In this document: positions 10,224 to 21,300 of the stretch, one piece after another
Numbering within the stretch: position 1 is the first letter of the stretch
How the letters are laid out: every line of letters starts with the position of its first letter
Origin: Paraglomus brasilianum
Taxonomy: Eukaryota
Reading direction: 5' to 3'
Assembly: GCA_910592345.1 (NCBI GenBank)
Contig: CAJVPI010000369.1
Location: 1-32,804 of the forward strand
Length of the DNA: 32,804 nt
Notes under the pieces: generated by a model
What the model was told of the DNA's origin: nothing
The model's input: the letters and a program-made list of their open reading frames with translations, nothing else
The model's database searches: none
Translations under genes and position numbers: made by a program

Positions 10224-13200
10224 TCAAGTCGCCGTCTCTGAAGATTGATCCATTATACCCTCGGCTACAATGTTTACCCTCACTTCATTGCGTCTAAATG
10301 CGCGTAGTTCAATAACTCCACGAATCTCGCCAGGTTCTTTTGGCAGAAAACGAACAGGCATAGTAAAGCTTGTGCCCGGCTTCAATTGAACGCTTGAGAG
10401 GGGAATAGATAGAGCGGTACTACCAGCAACTGCTTCACATTTGCACCTAATCTTGATTACATGGTCAGATGGGTTGATAATCTGAAATCCGACACATCTA
10501 CGCCTTCCGACTCTGGTCGGAGCTATCCGAATCTCTCTATCCGAAACTTGAAACTCAGCTTCCCTTGTCCCGCCGCCTGCTTGCACTGTATTGTCCTCTT
10601 TGCCATCACCTTGTATACGGACCGCTACTCCTCCCGTCGCATCAGGATTCATGGAACCTTCCAACATAAAGTTCTGCACATATGTTCCCACAAACAAGGG
10701 ATGAAAGTTGTAATCTACCCGTTCTGTCTGTCCTGGTCGAAGAAAACCGCTTGTTTTTGCTAGTAAGAAAACGTCATCGGTAATTTTTTGCGCAGTCGAC
10801 GACTCCGACCGTCTAAGGAATGCATTTGTAGCAGTAGTTAAGTGCCATGTGACTGGTTTATTGGTTGGGTTATGGATTCGGAAATGGTCATGCGATGTCC
10901 CACGCACGGATGTAGCCGTGCAAGAAACGTTTCCCGGGACGCCAATACTGATAAAATTCTTCCTTTGCGGAGGCTGCCTTACGCTCGATTGATTAGTATT
11001 ACGGTGTCCATCAGGAGTGCTGGAGCGAGCGTTTGATGCAGGAGAAGGGCCACGTCTCGATCGATTTGTATCAGGCGTACTTGGTCGGCTACTCAAAGTG
11101 GATGACAGAACTCTTCGCCGTGCTGTCGGTTTCCCTTCAGGACTGCTTGATCGACTATTAAAAGTACTTGATGTGCTGCCTTTTCTGGTGGAAGATATCT
11201 TTCCTGACGAACCACTCGCTGAAACGGTAGATTTTCCTTTTGAATTACTGCTGCTTGACTTATCTTCTATGTTACCTCCCTTCTTTGACACTGCTGTAGC
11301 TCTTGCTTTGGCAACCTTTAGTAAATCGTCCATCTTGCCAGATAAGCTTTTCCTACCAGACTTGCTTATTCGACTCAAGAAATTCGCCCTTGTGTCCTCC
11401 TTGCTATTTTTATCTTTAACCTGTTCCAATTCCCCTTTTGCCTTCTTCTTAACCTGAACAATATCGACGCCAATCTCTTTATGGTCTCCATTTTCACAGC
11501 GTATTATAATAGAAGTTTTATCCATCAAAGGCCTATCCTCATCTTTTTCTCCCCCTTTAATAAATCCTATAAAACTTTTAGAGTCTCTTGGATCGTCCAT
11601 CTTCGACCCCGCAACGAGATGTTTCATCATAACTGATAGCTTAATTGTTGTTGTGCCTTTTGGTATTACTATTCCATATGCAGGAGAGATATCGAAGCGG
11701 AAAGCAGGCCATAGAATTTCATATCGTAGAGGTTGATCACTAATGTTTGATATTGTGAATTTTGTTTCATATAAAGATTTGGCATTGTGTTTAGCCAACG
11801 AAGAACTATTTGGATTTCGCAATGACATTGGCATGTTTACGTTTGATACGCTGTTATGTTTTACGGCAGAACCTCCAACAACGATTAGGTGATCTGGCGA
11901 AACCCTCACACCAATGACAGGCGGATTCGTTGATAAACCACGATTATCTCCTTTACCAGAATCAGTCAAATCAACCTCCTCACTAGACCATACACCGATA
12001 TCATCGCCTTCATCCTCTTCAGTTATTGTTGCTAAAGGCTGTTCAGGGACAGCAACAGGCGTCTTTGCAGTGTCCTTTACATCACTTACTGGTTGTTGCA
12101 GAAGAGAAGGATCTTTAGAAGGAGGCGATGCGGTAAATCCATGACCTTTGCCTAATATACTGGGACTGCGTCGCTGGTGATATTTCCTTAATTGTTCTAA
12201 TGTCTTTTTTGCCCAAGTGTTGCCGACTTTACCTATATGATCTGCTGGGTTATCGCCGGGACGTGAATACTCTCCTCTAGATTTGGGGCTAAATGATGGT
12301 TTTGGCCATCTCCAAGCGGTTGGTGATTGGGGGGAAGACGCCGTATCCGATTGTGACTGCACGGTCGATGGGGATTGTTCAGGTGATGTTTCTTGAAGAG
12401 TGATATCTGATGTCGATTGATAAGTTGTACTGTCAGACTCTGTAGCCGCAGCTTCTTCTTCTTCTTCTTCTTCCTGCGGCTGCTGTAGTTGCTCTCCACT
12501 TCCACCGTCTTCTTCTTCTTCTTCTTCTTCTTCCTCGTCTTCCGTCTCTGAAATAACCGACATCACCTTTCTGGTTTCACTGAACGGTGCATGTCTTGCT
12601 GGGTATGATGGAGATACTCGAGTTTTAAAGGGACCCCTGTAGTGTTTAGTTTTACCTTCATCACTACCTCTGGGAAAAAAGCCCATCGTCCGTGTAGTCC
12701 GACCGAATACGTGGATTATGGGCGGGGAATTAAGATTAGTAAGATTGTTCTGATGTGATATTATTTCTTTTTTATTTTTTGTATCAAACTTTTCGGTTAT
12801 AGATTGATTTTCGCTTTCCTCTCCAAATTTCCGAAAAAGTACGTCTCTATTAGGATTATTTACATGACGACTTTTTATTTCAAAATTGTCCATATTTTCC
12901 AAAGTATCTTTTTCCTCCTCCACCAGTGGAAGAAGAGTCCCAGTGTCTAGGTGTTTAGAAAACGGAGACCCTTCAGACGACGAGCTTATGCTCAAATTCG
13001 TCGATGGGTGGAGTGTTTGGGGGTCCACTTCTGTGTCTGTTGGAGTGGTTGAACCCTCAGTTACTTTGGAAGTTGTGTTGTTGCGACCAGCGATGTTAGG
13101 GAAAAAGAATGACGGTTGTTGATTAGACGGCTGTTGTGACCGGTGTAAAATAGGATTTTGTGAAGAATAGTCATCTATGAAGTTGTCAGACTCAATATTG

Positions 13201-13427
13201 TCCTTGTTTCTTGTGTTACTTTTGTCCTTGTTTCTTATTATAGGTGGAAAACTGCTGTCGGTTCTTTCGGTATTTGGGTATTCAAGGCCGTCTTTATCTA
13301 TCGAAAAGGAAGTGTTTGAGGTGGTTGTTTCGGGTTTATTGGTGGTATTGGTATTGTCTGTCAGAGAGGGTGTAGCTGAATTGTTGTCCACAACTTCCTT
13401 ATCAGGCCGCTTCAATAAAGATTCCAT
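10224..13427 (-). CDS. CEP192/SPD-2-like protein, 1067 aa: disordered S/T/E-rich N-terminus plus three ASH (PapD/Ig-like) domains
   Basis: Uninterrupted 3204-nt ORF. Domain at ~11760-11455: FTISNISDQPLRYEILWPAFRFDISPAYGIVIP. Domain at ~10960-10605: FRIHNPTNKPVTWHL...SGFLRPGQTERVDYNFHPLFVGTYVQ. Domain at ~10555-10250: PTRVGRRRCVGFQIINPS...FTMPVRFLPKEPGEIRGVIELRA...VRVNIVAEG. These resemble, in the same order, the last three ASH domains of animal CEP192 as I recall them (WPA motif; GxYxQ; MPVxFxPK). The CDS is certain; orthology is inferred. Confidence 0.8.
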   Translation of the reverse strand: MESLLKRPDKEVVDNNSATPSLTDNTNTTNKPETTTSNTSFSIDKDGLEYPNTERTDSSFPPIIRNKDKSNTRNKDNIESDNFIDDYSSQNPILHRSQQPSNQQPSFFFPNIAGRNNTTSKVTEGSTTPTDTEVDPQTLHPSTNLSISSSSEGSPFSKHLDTGTLLPLVEEEKDTLENMDNFEIKSRHVNNPNRDVLFRKFGEESENQSITEKFDTKNKKEIISHQNNLTNLNSPPIIHVFGRTTRTMGFFPRGSDEGKTKHYRGPFKTRVSPSYPARHAPFSETRKVMSVISETEDEEEEEEEEEDGGSGEQLQQPQEEEEEEEAAATESDSTTYQSTSDITLQETSPEQSPSTVQSQSDTASSPQSPTAWRWPKPSFSPKSRGEYSRPGDNPADHIGKVGNTWAKKTLEQLRKYHQRRSPSILGKGHGFTASPPSKDPSLLQQPVSDVKDTAKTPVAVPEQPLATITEEDEGDDIGVWSSEEVDLTDSGKGDNRGLSTNPPVIGVRVSPDHLIVVGGSAVKHNSVSNVNMPMSLRNPNSSSLAKHNAKSLYETKFTISNISDQPLRYEILWPAFRFDISPAYGIVIPKGTTTIKLSVMMKHLVAGSKMDDPRDSKSFIGFIKGGEKDEDRPLMDKTSIIIRCENGDHKEIGVDIVQVKKKAKGELEQVKDKNSKEDTRANFLSRISKSGRKSLSGKMDDLLKVAKARATAVSKKGGNIEDKSSSSNSKGKSTVSASGSSGKISSTRKGSTSSTFNSRSSSPEGKPTARRRVLSSTLSSRPSTPDTNRSRRGPSPASNARSSTPDGHRNTNQSSVRQPPQRKNFISIGVPGNVSCTATSVRGTSHDHFRIHNPTNKPVTWHLTTATNAFLRRSESSTAQKITDDVFLLAKTSGFLRPGQTERVDYNFHPLFVGTYVQNFMLEGSMNPDATGGVAVRIQGDGKEDNTVQAGGGTREAEFQVSDREIRIAPTRVGRRRCVGFQIINPSDHVIKIRCKCEAVAGSTALSIPLSSVQLKPGTSFTMPVRFLPKEPGEIRGVIELRAFRRNEVRVNIVAEGIMDQSSETAT
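12453..12533 (-). repeat. Two (GAA)n tracts encoding poly-Glu runs
   Basis: (TTC)n at 12453-12473 and ~12508-12533 on the + strand, inside the 1067-aa ORF. Confidence 0.95.
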
Positions 13428-13664
13428 GTATCTTAAACAGATCGGCTTGTTGGGGACAACACATTTAGTAGGAAAGTTTGACGAGGAGAGGGGGGGGGAG
13501 TACCGCGAGGTGGTATAATATGGGAAGAAAGAGTGAAAGACAACGAGGTACTATTAGTAAAATGTTGATACTTTTGGGAAAATTTTAATATAATTTTTTT
13601 TATTTTTTATAATAATAATATTTATAGTTGTTGCCAAGCAAGTCAAACAAAATGAAGAGAAATT

Positions 13665-13765
13665 TGGGGGTTGGGGAAAGAAGGGGGGGATGGTGAGAGA
13701 AGGGTAGGGGAAGGGTAGGGGGAGGGGGAAGAGGGAGAAATGAGAGAACGAGGGAGGGGAAGAAG
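13665..13765 (-). promoter_or_regulatory. CT-rich (polypyrimidine) promoter/5' leader tract; canonical G-quadruplex motif on the + strand at 13702-13728
   Basis: GGG TA GGGG AA GGG TA GGGGG A GGGGG about 280 bp upstream of ATG13427. CT-rich tracts are common near fungal transcription starts. Confidence 0.45.
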
Positions 13766-15119
13766 GTTGAACCTTCAGAGATTTAAACCTTATGATGTCT
13801 GCTTTATTTGGGGTCAAAGTCGGAAAGTGGCAATATACAGGAAGCTGCTGACGTCACATTGAAAGTGGGAAAATAGGGTATATAGGGATATTAATGTTGC
13901 AAGTCGGGAAAAAATTATCGAGAAATGGGGAATAAATGGTTCGTTATGTCTCTGCGAAGAATGTAAGATTTACTGCAATTGGATATTTGTTTATTACAAA
14001 TAATTGGTAAGGCCGGAATAATAGGCAAATGTGAGTTTAATGATAACTGGTAGCGGTAGATGGGGGGGGGAATGGATTGATAGGTCGATTCGACAAGTTT
14101 CATTTGGGAATAAACAAACAATTGAATATATTAATAATGTATCCAGTAAATTACATACTGCGGGCATTAATTGTTATATAAATATACATAATACATTATT
14201 ATTACCACCATCATAATTACTATTATGTGCGTCATAAATGTGTATAATAATATTAAGTGTCATATGTGTGATAATATTGGTGTCATATGCATTACATAAC
14301 AATCCTTATTCTGGAGTGCGCAGTCTGATGTCTGTCTCATCATCTATCACCATCAGCAAATTATCCCCATATGCTCAATATTGTTCTAATACATTGTTTG
14401 TTTGTTTTGTTCGTGATATCGGCACGTTATCTGCCACGTTCTTTGGGGAAGCAGTGAAGATCATCAAAAGGAAGCATGAAACGTAAGAAATCCTCAAACC
14501 AAACCAATTGTAGTTTGAATGTAGTATGAATTACGAAAATAAACTACGAACATGATATCATTCCATTGATCTGCCATTATTTGACCCCCCCTTCCCTCCC
14601 CTCCCCGATAGGGGATAGGACAATCATTCCAACGAATAAGTAGCTCGATACATATAGTTTGGTCATTGTTACATTTAAAGTACAAAAGATATTATTGTCA
14701 CTCGCCCTCGTTCTGAGAATTGATGGGCATTTCCCGCCAATTTGAAATAAAGAATATGTCAAACATCGTTTGTATCACGATTTGTAGACTATTATGTGAA
14801 TGCAATAAGTATATATGCGGTAAGTAATAAAATCTCGATATGGAGATAAAGCAGTTTCGAATAATCGTCTGACAGAACGATTCCTTCCGTAGTGCAAATA
14901 AGCGGTAAAGATTGGTGCAGCTCACTTATCTGTCCAAAGGATACATCACACATGATTGGTGTGCGAACGTAGTGAACATAGTATCACAAATGCCATGTGT
15001 AGTAAAAGGACCCTTGTAATAGAATGTACGTCAACAACAATTTCACAACCCGACACACCATATAATCCCTTGATTTAAAAGATTGTGTCTTCTAGATTTT
15101 TATTGTGCTAATTACATCT

Positions 15120-15715
15120 CCACATCGGAGTTTATTATTATCCTCTTGCCACAAACTCTCCCTCGTCCAATCACACGCTAGTCAACAGGATTCAAGTTTG
15201 ATGGCCAGACCCGCGATTAGAATGTATATCCATTTTCGTCAAGTATTATTCTATTAATCCTGGCAGATGATTTGTCACATGCGCAAGCAAACAAGCCCAT
15301 GAGTGAAACAAGGCTCGAATCTCCCTTGCACAAATCCATCAGTTTCGTTGGAATTGGCTGATATCTCTATAACCTTTTTTTAGACTATTTTCTGAACAAA
15401 CATCTCATCTAAAAGTAGTTAGTCCCTGGTCATGCCTTTAATGTTTGTTATACAGCAATACATACTAATACGCCTTTTCTTTCTTTGGGGAGCCAAGATT
15501 AGTGATTGCTTTTGAAATATTTACCTTTCAATAGTTATACAATGCCCCTTGTCCGATAGCCCATACGATGAAATGTTGTGCATCGGCTGCGATAACGCTC
15601 ATAGCATCATATGAATGCTAGACAAGGGTATCTTTCTTACTTTCATGCAGCTGTGTAGCATCCTCAATGATTAGTGTAATATAGGTCTTCGTTGTATTCG
15701 TTGTCAGGCGCAGAC
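15120..15715 (-). pseudogene. Possible heavily decayed intron-containing gene
   Basis: Protein-like minus frames with stops (LIIEDATQLHESKKDTLV*HSYDAMSVIAADAQHFIVWAIGQGALYNY*K; DEMFVQKIV*KKVIEISANSNETDGFVQGRFEP) separated by GTAAAT..ACTAAT..AAG and GTATGT..ACTAAC..TAG intron-like signals. No family recognised. Confidence 0.3.
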
Positions 15716-18374
15716 TATATAAGTAAGATGCGTGTGAAAAGTAACAGAAACTTCAACAGAATAATGCTATTCAATAACGAGCTATATTATGTCGCTTTCC
15801 AAAACCAACAAAGTTTACCATTATCTAATTGGGGTTTGAATCACTAACGCTTACTATTACACCGTTTTGAGTTCTTATTGTTGTACTTTTTGAGAAACCA
15901 TTAACAATAGTACTTTCCAAACACTCGCTTGAACATGAGACTTGGACAAACAGTAGTATCGTACTATTTTTCTAAAAAAAGACACTGAACTTTGAGTAAT
16001 AAACGTACTGCCGAGGTGACCAAGAGTACCCATCCTTTAAAGAATGTAAGACGAGAGTTGGAGACGAAGATTTAGATCCGTGTGTTACGCCAGAATATGT
16101 AGAAATTGAATTTTGTTCATGCACAATAACATTCTATGCCTTATCTAATTTATTATAAACAGACATCATGAACATAATTTGGATCGTGAGATTTAAAAAG
16201 TGCGTTTTTTTAATATCCCGTTTCCTCGTCAAAAAATATGCAAGTCTAACGTTGAATATGTTGAAGTCAATTAATCACAAGCATAAGAGAATGGTCTATG
16301 AGACGAAACCATAAAAATAACGTTACAAATATAAACAAGGGGGCTTTCCAACCTCTAAAACAAGTTCAGACATTCCGATAGCGCATTAGTAATAACAATA
16401 TCAACTATAAGAAGATTGATTTACTGTATCTCTCTGCGCTCAATTAATACGTTCGTTGGAGTCACATGCAGAGATTAGCTTGAAATAAGATTCTTGTAAA
16501 CTTGGGCAGAAGTAATCAAACACATTTACAATATTAGATAGTAAGACATTCAACATCCTATTAATGTTAACATAATAGCTATGATCGAGATTCTAATATA
16601 CGGAAAACCATTGTCCTTCGGTCCTTCGCACATAACAATTAGCTATAATCGAGATTCTGTCCTTCACACATAAGAATTGTGTCCTATCTGGTCAATAGAT
16701 CCAAAAATGTTAACATATATTGTTGCTGGAAACAGAATGTCAAATCCAACTTCTTATTACGCGTAACAGAACGCCATGTAGATCACGTTGCTTAATATGC
16801 TCCAGCCAAATTAGTTTGAAACCCAACTGGCGCTATCAATATGCAGATCTAGTGGTTTTCAGGCACCGCACTCCCCATTTCTTACGTCACGAACGTTACA
16901 TAATATTATAATTGATGTTAATCAATACTTCCAATTCGTCACTTTTCTGCTTCAATAGACAGCAATAAGAGAAATGCCCCGTATATAGTCGTGTGTTAAT
17001 ATAATAATACCCATAATAAGTAGGATTGCAGACGATGTTACCGCCAAATCGTGAATGAGATAATGACCGAATTGGTACGAGAGAAGGGGAAAAGAAATAA
17101 GCTTATCGAAAGTGGATCACGCGAAAACTCTAAATTGTTTGCAGGCAAGAGGTTAAAAGTTGGTTATGAAAGAGAGAACTTTAACAGTGATGGCTTAATT
17201 ACAGTGAATTCTGCAAGTTATCAATTAATACGTCACTGCGAACACGTGTAAACGTGATTAATGTTGATTAATGCTCGAATTAAATGTTTAACGGGTAACG
17301 TTTCCCTAGATCCTCAACATACAAAATTCTTACATTCAAACTACAGACAAATCAGTCTTTATTCTCAGACTCGGAAAGTTTATTGTTCCACGGATAAGTT
17401 GTTGCATGCACACATTTCTCCTGGACATTTTGTACAATCGAAAAAGATCAAAGAAAAAAAAAACACTCCCAATCAAATGTTCATATAACTAATCGTAAAA
17501 TATAGTCCACCTTTAACAAGAATTTTCTCACTCTAAACATCACGTGCCATGCATCAAACACAGAAAGAAATGTACAAAAGAATACTACAACTCCGAGAGA
17601 ATAATTGTTCGTTTAGCAGAATAACAACAATAAATTAACGACATCCATTTCGATTAAAGGATCAGAGACAGGAAAGACTAAAAGAGAGGAGAATTGAAAT
17701 TTCGGGGAGATGTAATGAATAAAGTAATCTCTCAAAACACAACAGTAATCCTTCTACTGACAACTCCATAACACTTCTGCTTCCATTTCGTCCATCAGGT
17801 ATACATCTCGTGAACACTGCTAATCACTATCCCATCTACTAAACTACATCCACGTCGTAATTCTCCTCCTTTTACATTTTATCCCACAACACTCCCCCCT
17901 CACCTCTCACATTCTTATAACCTATTATCTCGAACACACAATAGGCTTCTCACCAGTTGGGTACACCGCCCAGCGGTAGTTAATAATTATCCTCAACCAG
18001 ATAGCTTTTGTTTATCATATGTCTCTGCATACTATCCTGTTGTTCACCTACTACAAACAGAACAAATTCAAAGTTGTCATGATTAGTTAAGTAGAAGTCA
18101 CATGGACAGCAGGTTCTGATTTCTGTGCTAACGGAATCTTTGACTATAGTATTATCCCCAATTAAACAAACACGCCTATCATAACATCAACATAATGCTA
18201 TTGAATGTCATCGAGCGAGCACCTTATTACTCGTCACTATCTTTTTACGATTGAATAATTCGCTTATGCCCTAATCGCGTATGTTTGTCATCTCAAATAT
18301 TCAACCCGTTACACTACCCCCACGATTTTCTGCCAGACAAACATTATCTTTCCAATTCACTCACCGAGTAACGC

Positions 18375-21300
18375 CTACGCTACATCACTTCTTGCCGACG
18401 ATGAAAGTGGCACGTATTTTCCTGTCAACCCTGTACTCAAACCGTTCACTTTTGTTCTCAATCCACCAGCACTAGTCGATCCCTCGAGTGACTTTCGCGA
18501 AAATGTCGAACCCAGATACGTCGATGCCGATGTCCCATTCTTTGAAGACGAGTATGACGACGTATATGAAGAGACCAAAGAGCGAGTTGACGACGACGTG
18601 GTTGTACGTCTGGAAGAATGGTTCTCCTCCTTGTGCGAGCTCTTTCGCCGGATAGCATCGTAATTGGATAGATAGTTCTTAGTCTAAAATTGTAATAGAG
18701 AGATCAAAAGCAACAGGTATCTTATTTAGTATTGAGAACAAATTAAAACACTCTGCACATTTTCCAATTCAACTTTCCCATCTGCTTACATTTATCTTTA
18801 CGTCTGTTATCCACTCGTGCATAAGCCCTTCATCAGGTTTCATTCGCTTTTCGGGATCCCATTGTAAACATCGAGATATGAAATCCAGGAACACTTCATC
18901 GTTACACTTGAGTGCCTGAGTCAACGTCTTACTCCCTGGTCGCCGACGTTTGCCCTTGGAATTTACTACTGGGCGAGGACCACCATTAGAATCAAAGAAT
19001 ATTCTCTTCCTTGTGCTCTTGTCTATTAAATACTTGTCCGGTAGTCCTTGAACTTCCATAATACAAGCCAGTTGTTCCTGTTCGTTTTCTCCCGGGAATA
19101 ATGGATAACCGGTATACAGTTCAGCCAAAATACATCCAAGACTCCACATGTCAATCGCCATGTTATATGTTATTCCTAGTATAACCTCTGGCGATCGATA
19201 AAAACGACTCTGTATGTACGTATAGACTTTCTCGTTCTCGAAGCACGAGCTACCAAAATCTATAACTTTTATGCTGCTTTTTGTGGGATGCTTTAAAAGC
19301 ACATTCTGATATAATGTCCAGGAAAACACAGTTAGTCCGCAATAATCATACATTTGCAAAAGATCCTAACTGATTACAAAGATTATTCTTACCTCTGGTT
19401 TCAAGTCGCAATGCACAATGTTATGCCTCTGAAGTAACGACAGCGAATTCAACAGTTGCGTGCAAAATCGTTTTATTAAACCAGGACTGAATCCTTGGAA
19501 GTTGTTACTTTTTATGAATTCGTAAAGATTTACGCTAAGGAGTTCAAAGGCAATACAGAGATGGTTTCTGAAGTAAAAGTGGTCTGTCATGTGAATTATG
19601 TTGTGGTTATCTTCTGGATCCTGGACATGCAGAATTCATAATATGTAGGATAAATGTTAGCGCCTGTAACCTTGAATTAGTCGCGTAATTTTCATAACTA
19701 TCTCAAAAAAGCAGTTCTAGACCCATAGACCTACCCATCGAGAAAGAGACTCTAGAATCTTGACTTCCACCAAGGCCTGGCAATGGAACCTCTTCTTGTT
19801 TCTGATAATCTTTACTGCAACATGTTCGCCAGTCTTATGATCAAGACACTTTAACACTTGACCAAAAGAGCCTTTACCGAGACTATCTACTATTTCATAT
19901 CTGTAATACAAATGATCTCCCATAACCACCAAATAGTCACCACGCTCATCATCGAAGCCAAAGTTACAGCCAGTCAGCTCTGTGCTTGCAGGTTTCTTGG
20001 GTGCGTTTGGAGCAGTGAAATATACGTTTGGATATTCGACTATTTCCGTACGCTCGTATTGAGATAGATATGGACCGAACGTCTTTAATGCTGTCTGCGG
20101 AGACATTGGTGTTGTACCTTTTGCATGAGATTCTTTGTCCCTCTTTTCCCGCAATTTGGGCTTTGCGTCTGAACACAATGGATCTTGTTTCAAATTCTGT
20201 CCGCCCTTTTGCAAATCTGGTAAAGATGTGCTGCTCAACGACGGCTGTACTTTCGTCGTTGCGGTTGCAGCATTCGAATTTCTTCGAGGTTTCTTGCTAG
20301 AGCTGACGTTAGTAATGCCAGTAACACTCGGTTTGCCACTGGTTGACACTGCCGTAGTTACTTGCGTAGACTTTCCACCGGATTGCAACGTGCTCCCTGA
20401 TGGGCGCCTATTCCTGCTATGTTTTGAACCGCTCGGCGAAGGCAAAGTGACGTTTGTGGATTTTGATGATCGTGCGACTATTCCAGTTGGAGTTGGTATT
20501 TTAGACGGGAAACCTGTGGTAACCGCGGATGTAGGTGTAGACGGTATTTTCAAGCGAGCTTCGGATTGATTGGGAGTGTTTTGGTGTTGGCGAATTCGGT
20601 CGAGTGGAGGCAGCGAGGGTGGATTGTATGGAGGAAATACCAAGCTCTCGTCTAATTTCGGGTGCTCTGTTTTACCGGGCATTGTCTAATAGACATAATA
20701 CAAGTAAAAAAGACATTAGTGGATGCGAGAATATGGTGTTGTATACTTGCGAAGTTATTCAAATGATTGATGAAATTGATAAAAGGGAAGTAGTGTCTTT
20801 CTAGGCGATCGGCATTAGCTTATTTGAAACTCCCAATTTATAATATCATCGCATATCACACATTCTATATTTCTATTACAAATATACTGATTTACCTGTC
20901 CTCTTGGTCGCCTCCTATGTCCATCAGTGCTGGCAGCTTTTTCTCGTCTAGAAACTCCACTACTCTTTACGTCAGTGCTACCATATTTCTTTTCAATTGT
21001 GAGCCCGGTTGGTACTGGGGGTACAGGAGGAATATCCTCATTAGCTCTACCTACTCCGCGACTTCGCGATCTTGGCTGCGGAAGCATGCTTGGAGGGGGA
21101 ACAACTGGTACGGGTGGTGGCTGGGTCGGTATTTGTAATGGTGGTGGATGGGATAACCGATGATTGACAATGTTCGGTGTTGTGCTGCGAGAAGTGGGTT
21201 TCTGTGAGCCGGATGCTGAAGTTGAGGGTGCAGTGTTAGACGATGACACGCTCGACTGGCGGCGTCGACTGATTGACGTTGGTGCTGAACCGACTGTAAA

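Noticed and set aside
10461..13518. Several + strand ORFs overlapping the 1067-aa gene
   Set aside because: Antisense shadows of a low-complexity coding strand, with no motifs.
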